Origin: a virus
Strand: one strand, 5' to 3'
DNA length: 64,000 bases
IMG/VR virus record: IMGVR_UViG_3300036792_000284
Span: 1-64,000 of that record
In this document: positions 20,052 to 29,653 of the stretch, one piece after another
Layout of the letters: every line of letters starts with the position of its first letter
Position numbering within the stretch: position 1 is the first letter of the stretch
Notes under the pieces: model-generated
The model's database searches: none
What the model saw: only the letters and a program-made list of their open reading frames with translations
Told to the model about the DNA's origin: nothing
Translations under genes and position numbers: made by a program

Positions 20052-21084
20052 CCCCCGCCTCCGCTCAGCGCGATGTCCTCCGGCACCGGCGGCGGCGCCG
20101 CGGCACCGAACATCGCCGCGAAACCCTCGTACGAGCCGGCTGCGTTGCTCGCCTCCACCCCGGCCGCCGGGTCAGCAGCGACCCTGGCGAACCGCGCGTC
20201 GTCCTCAAGCCGGTCGGCGACCTTCGGCCCGCGGATGCGGTCCAGCTCCCGCTCTTCCGGCGACCTGGTGGCGAAGATGTCGAGGGACGCCGCCAGCTCC
20301 ACCAGCGGGTTACGCCCGCCGTGCTTCTCGGTGTCCACCATCGCCTGCGCTCCGATGAAGCTGCATATCGTCTTGACCTGCCACTCGGCCACCTTCAGGC
20401 GCGACCTGTGCTCCCGGTCGCGCCGCGCGGTGGCAGCCTCCAGGACCTGCCTCAGACGGCAGACGTAGAGGTCGAGGATGTAATCGTCGGTCCATCCGTA
20501 CTCGTGGCTGAGGACGTCGAACGCCGCCGCGAACGAGCCGGCGAGTTGAGTTCCTGCACCGACGCCTCCGGCTCCGCCGGCGCCTTGTCCTGACCCGTCT
20601 TGCGGAACATCTCGATCGTCCGCTGGAGCTTTTTTCCCAGGGCCTGCAGCTCCGGGGCCTCGTTGCGGACGATGACCTCGATCAGGTCGAAGGCGTCTTC
20701 CAGCTCCGGGTTATGCAGCTCCTCGCCGAACTGGGACCACAGCGCCTGGTTGGCCTCGCTCTCCTGCTTGGTCAACTGGGAGGCGGCCTTGTCGACGATG
20801 CCGGCCGGGCGGCACATCGACGCCAGGAAGGCGATGGCTTCCCCTTCGGCGTCGGGGATCGACATGGCGATAAGCATCAGCAGCTTCTGGCCGAACTCCG
20901 CGGGGTCGTCCTGGAAGTTGAGCTGCGTCTGGGTCAGCGCCGGGCCGGCCCCGTGGGTGAGCACGCGCAGCAGGCGGAAGAACTGGCGGGTGCGCATCCG
21001 CAGCACTTCGACCGTGAAGCCGGTCGACAGCTTGCACTCGGCTGGCTGCGGGTCGATGCGGTCCAGCTCGGAATCGTCCGGCAC
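20048..21084 (-). CDS. Tail assembly chaperone, long form (-1 frameshift product)
   Basis: -1 frame is open from slippery GGGAAAA (20638-20632) through AFDVLSHEYGWTDDYILDL to stop 20048. Confidence 0.8.
20452..21084 (-). CDS. Tail assembly chaperone, short form
   Basis: Between tail tube and TMP; GTG start with RBS gggagg. Confidence 0.8.
   Translation of the reverse strand: MPDDSELDRIDPQPAECKLSTGFTVEVLRMRTRQFFRLLRVLTHGAGPALTQTQLNFQDDPAEFGQKLLMLIAMSIPDAEGEAIAFLASMCRPAGIVDKAASQLTKQESEANQALWSQFGEELHNPELEDAFDLIEVIVRNEAPELQALGKKLQRTIEMFRKTGQDKAPAEPEASVQELNSPARSRRRSTSSATSTDGPTITSSTSTSAV
20630..20638 (-). other. Programmed -1 frameshift slippery site G GGA AAA
   Basis: Classic actinophage tail-chaperone heptamer. 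Confidence 0.8.
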
Positions 21085-21250
21085 GTGGCCCTCCCGGGGG
21101 CTCTGAGGTAGTCGCCCGGACAATCGGCGGGCAACGCAAACGGCCCGCTCCGGGTTATGTCTGGCGAACAAGTCCCCGTGGAGCGGGCCGTCTGGTCAGG
21201 CGTCGATCACTACTCTCAGCGCCTACTGTACCGCAGTCAAGCGGCCAGGG

Positions 21251-21886
21251 TTAGATGGCTAGCGACTGGAACGGCTCGGCGGTGAACGCGCCGACCTGGT
21301 TCCCCGGCCAGGAGATCAGGCGGCCGATCTGCATGCCCTGGGTGTTGAGGGTGGACAGCGTGGCGCCGACTTCGTTGGTCTGCGAGAACAGCGCGCGGCC
21401 CGCGATGCTGCAGCTCAGGCCGGTCTTGTAGCTCGGGCCGGTGAAGTTGAACGGCTGGAACTGCACACGGTAGAGGACGAAGTCCAGGGTGCGGATGCTG
21501 CCGCCGGCGTCCTTGGCGGGCACCCGGATGGCCAGCGGGCGGGTGACCTGGTTCATGCTGTTCAGGGTCCACAGCGGGATGGCGTAGTAGTCCGCCCCCG
21601 CGGCGCCGCTGGAGGTCACGGTCGTGCCGGTGATGAACGCGATCGTCGAGAAGGGGATGAAGCCCTCTTCGATGGTCACGTTCGCAAAGTTGATCCAAAA
21701 GTGCTCGGACAGGACGACGTCGTCGCCCGTGTTCTCGAAGTTCCCCTGGTCAGTGCTGATCGTCCCGTTACGGACGCCGTAGACGGTGGCCGTCTCGGCG
21801 CCAGACGTTCCGTCCAGGATGGCCGCGTGCGACAGCGAGAAGCCCTCGAACGGCGTGCCGGCGAAAGTGTTGCTGGCGGTGGGCAT
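21251..21886 (-). CDS. Major tail (tube) protein
   Basis: Position before chaperone/TMP; FEGFSLSHAAIL..VYGVR..GDD pattern; strong RBS. Confidence 0.75.
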   Translation of the reverse strand: MPTASNTFAGTPFEGFSLSHAAILDGTSGAETATVYGVRNGTISTDQGNFENTGDDVVLSEHFWINFANVTIEEGFIPFSTIAFITGTTVTSSGAAGADYYAIPLWTLNSMNQVTRPLAIRVPAKDAGGSIRTLDFVLYRVQFQPFNFTGPSYKTGLSCSIAGRALFSQTNEVGATLSTLNTQGMQIGRLISWPGNQVGAFTAEPFQSLAI

Positions 21887-21940
21887 GGTCGCGCGACCTC
21901 CTGCTAGACCGTTGGTCTTTCAGCAGGGCTAATCGGCGGG

Positions 21941-22345
21941 CTAGTTCTTGTAGAGCGCGGCGCAGTCCACCGGGGCGAACGTCTTCTGGATGTAGGCCAG
22001 GGCCTGCCGCTGCTGGGGGGTTTTCACGCCGCCGCCCAACTGGAACAGGTAGGCCCACAGCTGCTGCTCCTGCACCCGGGTCTGATTGCCGATGGAGCAG
22101 GCCGACAGCTGGGAGGCGTGTATGGTGGCGCCCTGGCTCAGCGCGCTCAGCGACAGCATGGTGACCACCACCGTGAGCACGATGTCGAGGGCGAAAGAGA
22201 CAGCCAGCCCGACAGCCAGGCGCCGAGTCTGCCGTCCGGAGATGGATACCTCCTGCAGCCGGGCAGCCACCCCGTCCAGCGCCCGGCTCAGGTTTTCCAG
22301 CCGACCCAGGACATCCGCAGGCGGCAGCCCCTCATCCGCGGTCAT
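21941..22345 (-). CDS. Membrane protein (holin/spanin-like accessory lysis protein)
   Basis: Single TM segment LAVGLAVSFALDIVLTVVVTMLSL; lysis cluster. Confidence 0.55.
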   Translation of the reverse strand: MTADEGLPPADVLGRLENLSRALDGVAARLQEVSISGRQTRRLAVGLAVSFALDIVLTVVVTMLSLSALSQGATIHASQLSACSIGNQTRVQEQQLWAYLFQLGGGVKTPQQRQALAYIQKTFAPVDCAALYKN

Positions 22346-22547
22346 CGTCGTCCCCCCCTGCAGCGGACCTGCGCAGCGAGTCCGCTGCCTGGCTGAGCGA
22401 CACCCGCAGCTCGCTCACCAGATCATCTGCCGTCTGCAGCAGGTCATCGATAACCCGATCTTTGTCCTTCAAATCGGACATGACCTTCCCGTGCTCAGCG
22501 CTGACCGGCCGGAGCTTCGAGTGGCGGCGCCACGGCAGCAGCCTCAT
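22332..22547 (-). CDS. Hypothetical coiled-coil protein
   Basis: Overlapping ORF in lysis cluster. Confidence 0.45.
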   Translation of the reverse strand: MRLLPWRRHSKLRPVSAEHGKVMSDLKDKDRVIDDLLQTADDLVSELRVSLSQAADSLRRSAAGGDDDDRG

Positions 22548-22890
22548 GCCCGCCTCCTTCCGCGGAGCGCATCTCGCGCAGCAGGCGCAGCATGTCGGCC
22601 ACCGTGTCAGCCATGCTCCGGACGGTGGTGTTGATCTCCGTCAGCGCCGGGAACACCTGGGTGGTGTAGGCATCGATGAGGCGGTCGCGCTGCTCCTCGG
22701 CCTTGGTCTTCTCCGTGAGCAGCATCTCCCGGATGGCCTGCGACTGCTGCCACAGGACGGCAGCCTCTGACGTGTCCACCTTGCCGTGCGCCGCGCGGCG
22801 CATGCTGAGGTACGAGGCGAGCCCGGTCACCGCCCCGACCCCCGCCACGGCAACCGTGGCGAGGATGGCCATGAAATCCGTGGAGGTCAT
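22495..22890 (-). CDS. Membrane protein, holin-like
   Basis: N-terminal TM (FMAILATVAVAGVGAVTGLASYL) plus coiled coil. Confidence 0.55.
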   Translation of the reverse strand: MTSTDFMAILATVAVAGVGAVTGLASYLSMRRAAHGKVDTSEAAVLWQQSQAIREMLLTEKTKAEEQRDRLIDAYTTQVFPALTEINTTVRSMADTVADMLRLLREMRSAEGGGHEAAAVAPPLEAPAGQR

Positions 22891-22923
22891 TCAGAGACTG
22901 CCGTCCGTAGGGCTGGCTGCGGG

Positions 22924-23721
22924 CTAGACGTACGCCATGTCCGCCAGGAGCTGCTGCAGGTCCAGACCCTCCACCGTGGTGCCGTTGGCCTCCAGCCAGA
23001 GGTCGGTGACCACGGCCCAGGCCTCCTCGGCCGCACCAGCCTGGAAGCCGGTCGTCGCCGGCTGCAGCGCGCCCCAGGTGACGTACTCCAGCGGCGCGCT
23101 GCCCGAGCCGAGGCGGCGCTGCAGGCAGATGGCGTGGCCGCCCTCAACCGGCTCGCCCGGCGTCCAGGTCCACGGCCGGCCCTCGGCGAACTCCGTCTGG
23201 ATGGACGCCTGGCAGTTGATGCCGACGTACACCGTGCCGAACACGTCGAGCACCTGGCCGAGCAGCGTCTCGTCGGCCGGGTTGCCGAACGCCGCGAAGC
23301 CGGCCACCTTGCGCACGTGGCCGTGGGTGTCGGTCATCCCGTGCGCCTTGAGGTCGGCGAGCACCTCGGCCATGTTGCAGCCGTTGTCGGTGTCCGGGTC
23401 GCCCGGCACGTAGCCGCCGACGCGCGAGTAGACCGTCTGAATCTGGTTGTCGGAGAACAGCACCTCGGTGCCGCGGGCGTACCGCGACCACGCCCCGAAC
23501 ATGTGGCCGACAGCGGCGATGGTGCAGTCGCCCAGCTGGTCGTTGAGGTACATAGGCCAGGAGGACACCTTGCTGGCCCGGTCCACGTCCTGCGTGAGCG
23601 GCACCGGCGGCAGGCCGTGGCGGCTGAGCTGCGACCGCGGGTCCAGGTACTTCTCCAGGGTCAGGCGCTTCTTGCTCGGATCGAAAGGCTGGCGTCCGTA
23701 CTTTCCGGCCGTGCGCGGCAT
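22924..23721 (-). CDS. Papain-like (C1-type) cysteine peptidase, possible endolysin
   Basis: NDQLGDCTIAA (Q..C), GGHAI, VTWG catalytic motifs. Confidence 0.7.
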   Translation of the reverse strand: MPRTAGKYGRQPFDPSKKRLTLEKYLDPRSQLSRHGLPPVPLTQDVDRASKVSSWPMYLNDQLGDCTIAAVGHMFGAWSRYARGTEVLFSDNQIQTVYSRVGGYVPGDPDTDNGCNMAEVLADLKAHGMTDTHGHVRKVAGFAAFGNPADETLLGQVLDVFGTVYVGINCQASIQTEFAEGRPWTWTPGEPVEGGHAICLQRRLGSGSAPLEYVTWGALQPATTGFQAGAAEEAWAVVTDLWLEANGTTVEGLDLQQLLADMAYV

Positions 23722-23794
23722 GATGCCTCCAGGAACGACGAAAGGGCGGGCCCAGGTTCCGGGTCCGCCCTTCCGATCGGAGGCTAGCCAGGGA

Positions 23795-24583
23795 TTAGCA
23801 GCGGCCCTCGTAGGCGCCGCTGGTGTAAGTGGTCCACGGTGACCAGTCGGTGCCGTCGTGCGACAGGACAACTGCGGACCGCGCGCTGCCCGACGGGCTG
23901 AGCGTGGCCAGTGCGCCGTTGGAGGCATTGATCTGCCACAGGCCGTAGTCGTCGGTGAGGCTGACGGCATTCGGGTTGCCGCCGGACTCCGCCATGGCAA
24001 TCGCAGCAGCCGTGGACGCCTCCCCCGGGCTGCCTCCGGCGCCCTCCCACAGCGCCTCCAGGGCCGCACAGCCGAACGTCCCGCTCGCCGCGGTGAGCAC
24101 CGGAGCCTGCACGGCCTGAACAGGCTGCTGGGGCGGCGAACTGGCCGGCGGGCTAGCGGGCGGGCTCACCGGCTGGCTGGCGGTCGCAGGGGGCGGGTAC
24201 GCCGCGGCGACGGCGGCTGCCGCGGCCTGGCAGGCCACCTTCAGTACCTGCCCGGCGAAGATCGCGTCCGGGTTGCGGACGCGGTTGTTGTAGGCCAGGG
24301 CCAGGTAGTCGTACGGGTCCCCGCACACGCGCCCGGCGATCTTCCACAGGGTGTCGCCCGGGCGGACCAGGTAGCGGGCCGCCTCCGCGACCCGCGCCAC
24401 GGTCACCGGGGAGGCGGCCTGCACGTGCGTGGTGTCGTGCGCGGGCTCGATGATGGTCTTGACCGTCGGAGTCCCGCCCTGCGAAGTGAGCGGGATGGCG
24501 ATGGCACTGGCGCCCAGGGCGGTTACACCGAGGGCGGCGAACGGACGGCGGCGTGACGGGCGCGCGTGGCGCGGTGCTGGCAT
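23795..24583 (-). CDS. Secreted LysM + lytic transglycosylase protein
   Basis: Signal peptide/TM; YLVRPGDTLWKIA..NPDAIFAGQVL LysM; AIAMAESGGNPNA..DYGLWQIN lysozyme-like domain. Confidence 0.85.
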   Translation of the reverse strand: MPAPRHARPSRRRPFAALGVTALGASAIAIPLTSQGGTPTVKTIIEPAHDTTHVQAASPVTVARVAEAARYLVRPGDTLWKIAGRVCGDPYDYLALAYNNRVRNPDAIFAGQVLKVACQAAAAAVAAAYPPPATASQPVSPPASPPASSPPQQPVQAVQAPVLTAASGTFGCAALEALWEGAGGSPGEASTAAAIAMAESGGNPNAVSLTDDYGLWQINASNGALATLSPSGSARSAVVLSHDGTDWSPWTTYTSGAYEGRC

Positions 24584-24712
24584 GCGGGTCTCCCAGCCAG
24601 ACGAGGATGCCCGTGCCATTCCGTACCAGCGCGCGCCTCAGGGTCAGGGAGGCGCCGGACCCTGCTGTCTGGCAGTCAGGTGCGGTTTTGGGTGACGCTA
24701 ACACTGCAATCG

Positions 24713-25318
24713 TTACGAGCGCAGGGAAACAGCGTGGTCGCCGGGGATGCGGCTCTGCAGGAGCTTGGCCAAATCACCTGGCTTTACGTACCCCTCCCAG
24801 CGCTTATCGGGGAACAATTCCACCCCGTTGAGCCGGTAGGCCGCGTCCACGTACTGGCTGCAGATCATGTGCCCGGTGCCCGCGATGAACGCACGCAGGC
24901 CCGGGGCGGGGACATGCAGGGCGTGCAGCACCAGCGCGCCGTAGTCGATGAACGCGTAGTCGATGTTCTGATGCGCCAGCGCCCAGTCGGTGATGTCCAC
25001 CCGCTGGGTGCCGGTCAGGTCGATCAGGCCGGAAGACCACAGTGAGCCCGGCAACTGGGCCGGCTGGCACGGGAGCGCGCGCTTGCCGGACCCGTTCGGG
25101 TAGGTGCTGACCGTGTAGCCGTACGGGCCGGCGTCGTCCGCCTGCCCCACGTAAATCTCGGTGTGGTCGTAGAACTGGAAGCGGTCGCCGTCCAGCCACT
25201 GGCCGACGGTGATGCCGACGCCGACCGGGCCGCTGATGGGCTTGCAGCAGAAGTCCCCGGGACGCGGCTGGGCCAGCACGACGGGGGCGGGCCAGTTGGC
25301 AGGTGAGGCGCGGTGCAC
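24713..25318 (-). CDS. Permuted papain-like amidase (YaeF/YiiX, NlpC/P60 superfamily)
   Basis: PRPGDF..DHTEIYVG..Y..MICSQYVDAAY with His before Cys. Confidence 0.7.
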   Translation of the reverse strand: MHRASPANWPAPVVLAQPRPGDFCCKPISGPVGVGITVGQWLDGDRFQFYDHTEIYVGQADDAGPYGYTVSTYPNGSGKRALPCQPAQLPGSLWSSGLIDLTGTQRVDITDWALAHQNIDYAFIDYGALVLHALHVPAPGLRAFIAGTGHMICSQYVDAAYRLNGVELFPDKRWEGYVKPGDLAKLLQSRIPGDHAVSLRS

Positions 25319-25324
25319 GCCCCC

Positions 25325-25585
25325 CTAATCGGGCGCGGCGGCGTTCTTGTGCACCTTCAGCAGCCACTCCATGCCCTCGATGTGGCCGACGATCTCCCGG
25401 CAGGGACCGCCGCCTTCAGGGAAAAAGCGGTGCTCCCGGTGCCGTCGCAGCCGCTTGGACCGGCCGATGATGACGCTGCCCTCAGCATGCGGCACGCCCA
25501 GCCAGATGACGTACCAGACGGCGGGCCGCTCTTTGCCCTGCCGTTCGCGGTGAAGCTCCGGCGGGGCGAACCGCATACCAGGCAC
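25325..25585 (-). CDS. Hypothetical protein
   Basis: ORF with RBS in operon. Confidence 0.55.
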   Translation of the reverse strand: MPGMRFAPPELHRERQGKERPAVWYVIWLGVPHAEGSVIIGRSKRLRRHREHRFFPEGGGPCREIVGHIEGMEWLLKVHKNAAAPD

Positions 25586-25594
25586 TGAGGCTCC

Positions 25595-26071
25595 CTACCC
25601 GCTGAACCGGGCGGAGTACGACCGGCGGCCGGGCTCTTCGGCCGCGCGCGGGCCGGCGGTCCGCAGCAGCGCCCGCACCTGCGGCATGCTGCGGCGGAAC
25701 CGCTCGCGCCGCAGCACGCGGCGCCCGTGGGGCAGCTCCATCGGAATCGAGTGCCATCCTCTCGGGTACAGGAGCCAGGTCCGCAGGTCGCCGTCCAGGC
25801 CGCCGTCCGGCTGGGTCTCGATGATCCGCCGCGTCGTGCACCGGGGGCACAGGTCGACCAGGAGGTAGCGCCCGCCCTCCGTCGTCTCGGCGTAAACAGT
25901 GGGCGGCACCGGCGCGCCGATCTCCCAGTCATCTAGCGCGAACTGGTGCCGGCCCGCCCGGCACACCACCTGGTCGTTGGGGATCTGGTCAAGCTCCCCC
26001 TGCAGCTCCTGCGCGTCCGACCGGCTCAAGCTCTTTGAGACCAGCCGCAGGCCACGCCTCTTTTCGTTCAT
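25595..26071 (-). CDS. Hypothetical protein (CxxxxH, CxxC)
   Basis: RBS ggaggtg; ORF track. Confidence 0.65.
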   Translation of the reverse strand: MNEKRRGLRLVSKSLSRSDAQELQGELDQIPNDQVVCRAGRHQFALDDWEIGAPVPPTVYAETTEGGRYLLVDLCPRCTTRRIIETQPDGGLDGDLRTWLLYPRGWHSIPMELPHGRRVLRRERFRRSMPQVRALLRTAGPRAAEEPGRRSYSARFSG

Positions 26072-26102
26072 TAAAAACCCACCTCCGGAGGCGAGGCTAC
26101 AT

Positions 26103-26372
26103 CTATATCACCGCGCCGTCAGTCAGTGTCTCCACGAGCGTCCCCGCCAGGTCGAAGCGGTGCAGCACCCTTTTCACGCTGACTCCGCGCTTACGCAGGC
26201 GGGTGCGGCAGTCCTCGCACGCCAGCTCGATCAGGTTGTCCGGGTAGACGTAGCTGGGGATCTCGCCGGACAGCCGCAGCTTCAGCAGCAGCTTGCCCGG
26301 GATGCAGTGGCCGCTTGGCAGCTCCGTCGGGACCGGGCAGCGGACCTCGACCTCTTCCACCACCGCGGTCAC
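26103..26372 (-). CDS. Hypothetical Zn-finger-like protein
   Basis: VRCP..H..LIELACEDC; GTG with RBS aggag. Confidence 0.6.
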   Translation of the reverse strand: MTAVVEEVEVRCPVPTELPSGHCIPGKLLLKLRLSGEIPSYVYPDNLIELACEDCRTRLRKRGVSVKRVLHRFDLAGTLVETLTDGAVI

Positions 26373-26536
26373 CGCTCCTCTGTCCAGATCCGGACGCCGG
26401 CCAGCGGGATATGACGGTTCGGCGTGCCGGTGTCGTTCGGTGACCACAGGCGCAGCTCCCCGTCCCGGATCTCCCACCGCTGGGTCCGGTAGGTCTCCTG
26501 CTTCCCGTCCATCCAGGTGACGATGACCGTGCTCAC
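26369..26536 (-). CDS. Small hypothetical protein
   Basis: GTGA-coupled to neighbours. Confidence 0.55.
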   Translation of the reverse strand: MSTVIVTWMDGKQETYRTQRWEIRDGELRLWSPNDTGTPNRHIPLAGVRIWTEER

Positions 26537-27744
26537 GGGCGCAGCAGGGCCCCGGGCCCCGGCTCGGGCTCGCGCCGGCAGGCGAACGCCTGCGCGGCCA
26601 CCTCCGGCCCCGGCCCGGTCACCTGGTCGCCGATGCGGCGGAACAGGCTCTCCACCACCACCGGCCAGTCGCACATCTTGGGAATGGTCTGGGCGGCCAG
26701 CTCGGCCTTCTGCCGGGCCTCGCCGCGGTGGGTGTAGATGTGCCAGATGACGTCCTTCAGGTGCTCCACCGACACCCGGGCGTCGTGCGCGGCCCATGGC
26801 TTGTCCTCGAATGTCGGGGTCAGGGTGTAATCCAGCGGGTAGGCGTAGTCCCCGTTCATCCACATGGTGTGGCCGCCGAAGTTGGTGCCGGCCACCACCC
26901 CGCCGGTGGTCATGAACTCCAGGGCCGGCAGGTTCTTGCCCTCGCCCCGGCTGGGCGCCAGCAGGCAGTGCGCGGAGGCGTAGAAGTCGTCCAGTGTCGG
27001 CTTGTCGAACGCCTCCACGAACACCCGGATCTTCTGCGGCTTGAACGGCTCGTTCAGCTCGGGGAACAGCTTGCCGGGGGCGCTGGTGTGCAGCGCGAGG
27101 GTGGCGCCCTCGAACTCGGCGCCCTTCTCGAACTTCAGCTCGTTGAATGCCTGGATCGCCGTCCAGGGCTGCTTGCGGTCGTTGAGGGCGCCGTGCATGA
27201 TGAACCCGAAGCGGTCGCCGAACCAGTCGCGCTCGGTGCGCTTCCACTCGCTCGCGTCGTAGCCGCCCTGCAGGATGCCGCGGTGCACCTTCGCCGGGAT
27301 GTACGGCTCCAGCGCGTCCAGCGACACCGGGTCGTAGCCCAGCACCAGGTCGAACCAGCGCAGCGTGTTCCGCAGCTTGGACCGCTGGTCACAGTGCGGC
27401 ACCAGGCCGGACACGCCCTTGCCGTCCTTGCCCGGCCCGCCGGCGAACTCCCACATGGTCCAGGCCACCGCCACCCGGCTGCACTGCCGGGCCTCCGGCG
27501 TGATGCCCAGGTGACTCGGGTCCCAGTGGTTGACCAGCAGGTCGAACGGGGCGCGCAGCTCCTTGGCGAACAGCGGCAGCATGTCCCGCGGGATAGGCAC
27601 GTCCAGCCAGAGCGGCTGCAGGTAGACGTCGCAGCCCCACTGGTGCAGCGCGCGGGCCAGCCCGAAACCGTCATTGCCGTAGCCGCTGAACTTGCTAAAT
27701 GGGGACTTGATCAGGACCCGGAGAGGGTGATCCGACGACGGCAT
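26533..27744 (-). CDS. Glycosyltransferase, GT-B fold (family 4-like)
   Basis: SGYGNDG..SRGEGKNLPALEFMTTG..TNFGG motif. Confidence 0.85.
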   Translation of the reverse strand: MPSSDHPLRVLIKSPFSKFSGYGNDGFGLARALHQWGCDVYLQPLWLDVPIPRDMLPLFAKELRAPFDLLVNHWDPSHLGITPEARQCSRVAVAWTMWEFAGGPGKDGKGVSGLVPHCDQRSKLRNTLRWFDLVLGYDPVSLDALEPYIPAKVHRGILQGGYDASEWKRTERDWFGDRFGFIMHGALNDRKQPWTAIQAFNELKFEKGAEFEGATLALHTSAPGKLFPELNEPFKPQKIRVFVEAFDKPTLDDFYASAHCLLAPSRGEGKNLPALEFMTTGGVVAGTNFGGHTMWMNGDYAYPLDYTLTPTFEDKPWAAHDARVSVEHLKDVIWHIYTHRGEARQKAELAAQTIPKMCDWPVVVESLFRRIGDQVTGPGPEVAAQAFACRREPEPGPGALLRP

Positions 27745-28291
27745 TGCTCAGCCCTCCCAGGTAGGAGAGGACTTCAGATGCGAACTGCTCGAACCAGCCG
27801 AGCGAGCCGTTGCACTTCGTGCAGAGGAGCCCTCGTACGCACTTACCGCACGAGGAATCGCCTGGGCAGCACCGCCGGTCGTGGTCCACGGCGAAGCGGG
27901 CCGTCCGCGAGTTAGCCGCCTCCTCGGGAGTCCGACGGCAGATTTTGCACCGGCCGTCCTGCTCAGCCAGCATCTGCCAGTAATCAGCGGGAGTGATGTG
28001 GAACTTTCGGCGTAGCCCGTTCTCCCAGTGCAACTGATTGTCCTGCGCCAGCCGGTCAGCATCCCAGGAATCGCGCAGGTCCTTGGCGTAGCCACGTCGG
28101 CAGACCTTGCAGGGAGACATGAGCGAGCCGCTGGACTTGCGGTAAAACTCGTCGCGCGAGCGCTCTTCCTGGCACTGGTAACACACCAGCGTGGCCGGGG
28201 TGCAATCAGGCCGGCAGTACCTCTGTGCCGGACCCTGGGGGGTGAAGCTGGTACCGCATCCCCCGCAGTCACGGTCTGGCCATCGGCCCAC
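27695..28291 (-). CDS. Endonuclease VII-like HNH homing endonuclease
   Basis: QDGRCKIC..AVDHD..CC..SCGKCVRGLLCTKCN..LG. Confidence 0.85.
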   Translation of the reverse strand: MGRWPDRDCGGCGTSFTPQGPAQRYCRPDCTPATLVCYQCQEERSRDEFYRKSSGSLMSPCKVCRRGYAKDLRDSWDADRLAQDNQLHWENGLRRKFHITPADYWQMLAEQDGRCKICRRTPEEAANSRTARFAVDHDRRCCPGDSSCGKCVRGLLCTKCNGSLGWFEQFASEVLSYLGGLSNAVVGSPSPGPDQVPI

Positions 28292-28454
28292 GTAACACCT
28301 CCATCAGCACTGTTGCTGATGTAAGGATAACGGATAGACAGTTTTCCGTTTAGCGGCTGGTCAGACTGCACCAGCACCACCCCCTGCAGGCTCCCGTGGA
28401 CTCAGGCAGTTCTCACACTGGGCAGGGCAGCGCTGATGACGCGCCCGCAGGTAA

Positions 28455-28982
28455 CTATTCGGTCGCATCCGACCAGCCGCTGTATTCGACCCCGTAATAG
28501 GCGGTGCCGCGCAGCAGCCAGTCACCGTCGGTCACCGGCAGGAACGGGCCGATGTCGGTCAGCAGCTGGCAGCCGATGGTGACCATGTCGCCCCAGAGCA
28601 CCGCGTCCGGGTCGGTGCGCTGCAGCCGGAACTGGACCGCGTTGAACACGGCCAGCCCGCGGTTGGCGGTGATGGAGGACGTCTCGGTGACGTTGGCCTG
28701 GGCGTCGCGCGCCGGGTCCACCCAGACGTCCACGCGCAGCCTGCGGAACCGGGCGGTAGCCAGCGGCGCCGGCGCCTCCCAGCCGCCGAAGTCGGAGAAC
28801 ACCAGCGCCGCGGCCGACGTGCCCTCCATGACCTTGAGCACGCCCTGGCTGTTGTCGGAGAACAGCCAGGGCCGGCCGGCGAAGCTGGGCCTGGGGTCAG
28901 AGCCGGGGTACGAGCCGAGCAGCGAGGTGACGTCGCTGAAGCCGGCCAGGTACTTTACGGCTCCACTGGCGACGTCGTCCAT
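28455..28982 (-). CDS. Tail terminator-like protein
   Basis: Last gene of neck cluster; RRLRVDVW motif. Confidence 0.55.
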   Translation of the reverse strand: MDDVASGAVKYLAGFSDVTSLLGSYPGSDPRPSFAGRPWLFSDNSQGVLKVMEGTSAAALVFSDFGGWEAPAPLATARFRRLRVDVWVDPARDAQANVTETSSITANRGLAVFNAVQFRLQRTDPDAVLWGDMVTIGCQLLTDIGPFLPVTDGDWLLRGTAYYGVEYSGWSDATE

Positions 28983-28988
28983 GCACGG

Positions 28989-29414
28989 CTAATCGCCGCC
29001 GCTCTTCCAGGGCAGCCCGCCGTCCGGGGCCACGCCGCCCTTGTAGTCAGTCACCCAGTTCCAGAACGCCTGCCGGACGCCCTTCTCGAACTCGTGCCCG
29101 CCGGGGTCGAAGAAGTAGTGGCGGCCGGGCTCGGGGTGGTACTTGGTCGGCGCGTCGCCGCGGGCCAGCTCGAAGATGCCGGGGTAGCGCGCGTAGTCGA
29201 TCTCGCCCGACCAGGTGAACTTGTCGAAGTCCGACCGCGGGTGCCCGGATTCCTTCAAAAAGCCGGTGATGACGTGCACCCGCGCCTCGGTGATGGCGTA
29301 GCCCAGCAGCAGGGCCGCCTCCATGTCGGCGATGGTGCGGCTGTCCGGGCCGCGGGCGAGGCGGTCCAGCTCCTCGCCGGCGCCGTTCAGGTAGACAACG
29401 AAGTACTCAGCCAT
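28989..29414 (-). CDS. Neck protein (HK97 gp10-like)
   Basis: VHVITGFLKESG..YGIFELARG..HYFF pattern; synteny. Confidence 0.55.
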   Translation of the reverse strand: MAEYFVVYLNGAGEELDRLARGPDSRTIADMEAALLLGYAITEARVHVITGFLKESGHPRSDFDKFTWSGEIDYARYPGIFELARGDAPTKYHPEPGRHYFFDPGGHEFEKGVRQAFWNWVTDYKGGVAPDGGLPWKSGGD

Positions 29415-29653
29415 TAGGTGCTGCCTCGCACGACCGTGGTGCCGGTCGCCTCCAGCACGCGCAGCTCCGCCTCCCAGACATTCTGCTGACCCAGCCAGTA
29501 GCCGTTGACTATCGCGACGGTACCGTGGTGCAGCCCGAGAAGGTGTTCAGGCCCCGAGGCGTACCGCCACTGTGTGCGCTGCAGGCCCTGCCGACGGGCC
29601 CACAACTCAGCCTCGCGGAACCGCGGGGCGGCGACCAGGACAGGCCCGTTCAC
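29414..29653 (-). CDS. Hypothetical protein
   Basis: Coupled ORF. Confidence 0.55.
   Translation of the reverse strand: MNGPVLVAAPRFREAELWARRQGLQRTQWRYASGPEHLLGLHHGTVAIVNGYWLGQQNVWEAELRVLEATGTTVVRGST

Noticed and set aside
24584-24712. c-di-AMP (ydaO) riboswitch upstream of the LysM transglycosylase
   Set aside because: The leader has hairpins but lacks the GCTGAA..GGGGA..AACCCGTCAGCTAAC consensus
28300-28345. Hairpin next to the RBS of the EndoVII-like gene and TATCCGTTAT shared with 46580
   Set aside because: Only two short matches; -35 absent at 28.3 kb; too weak to call
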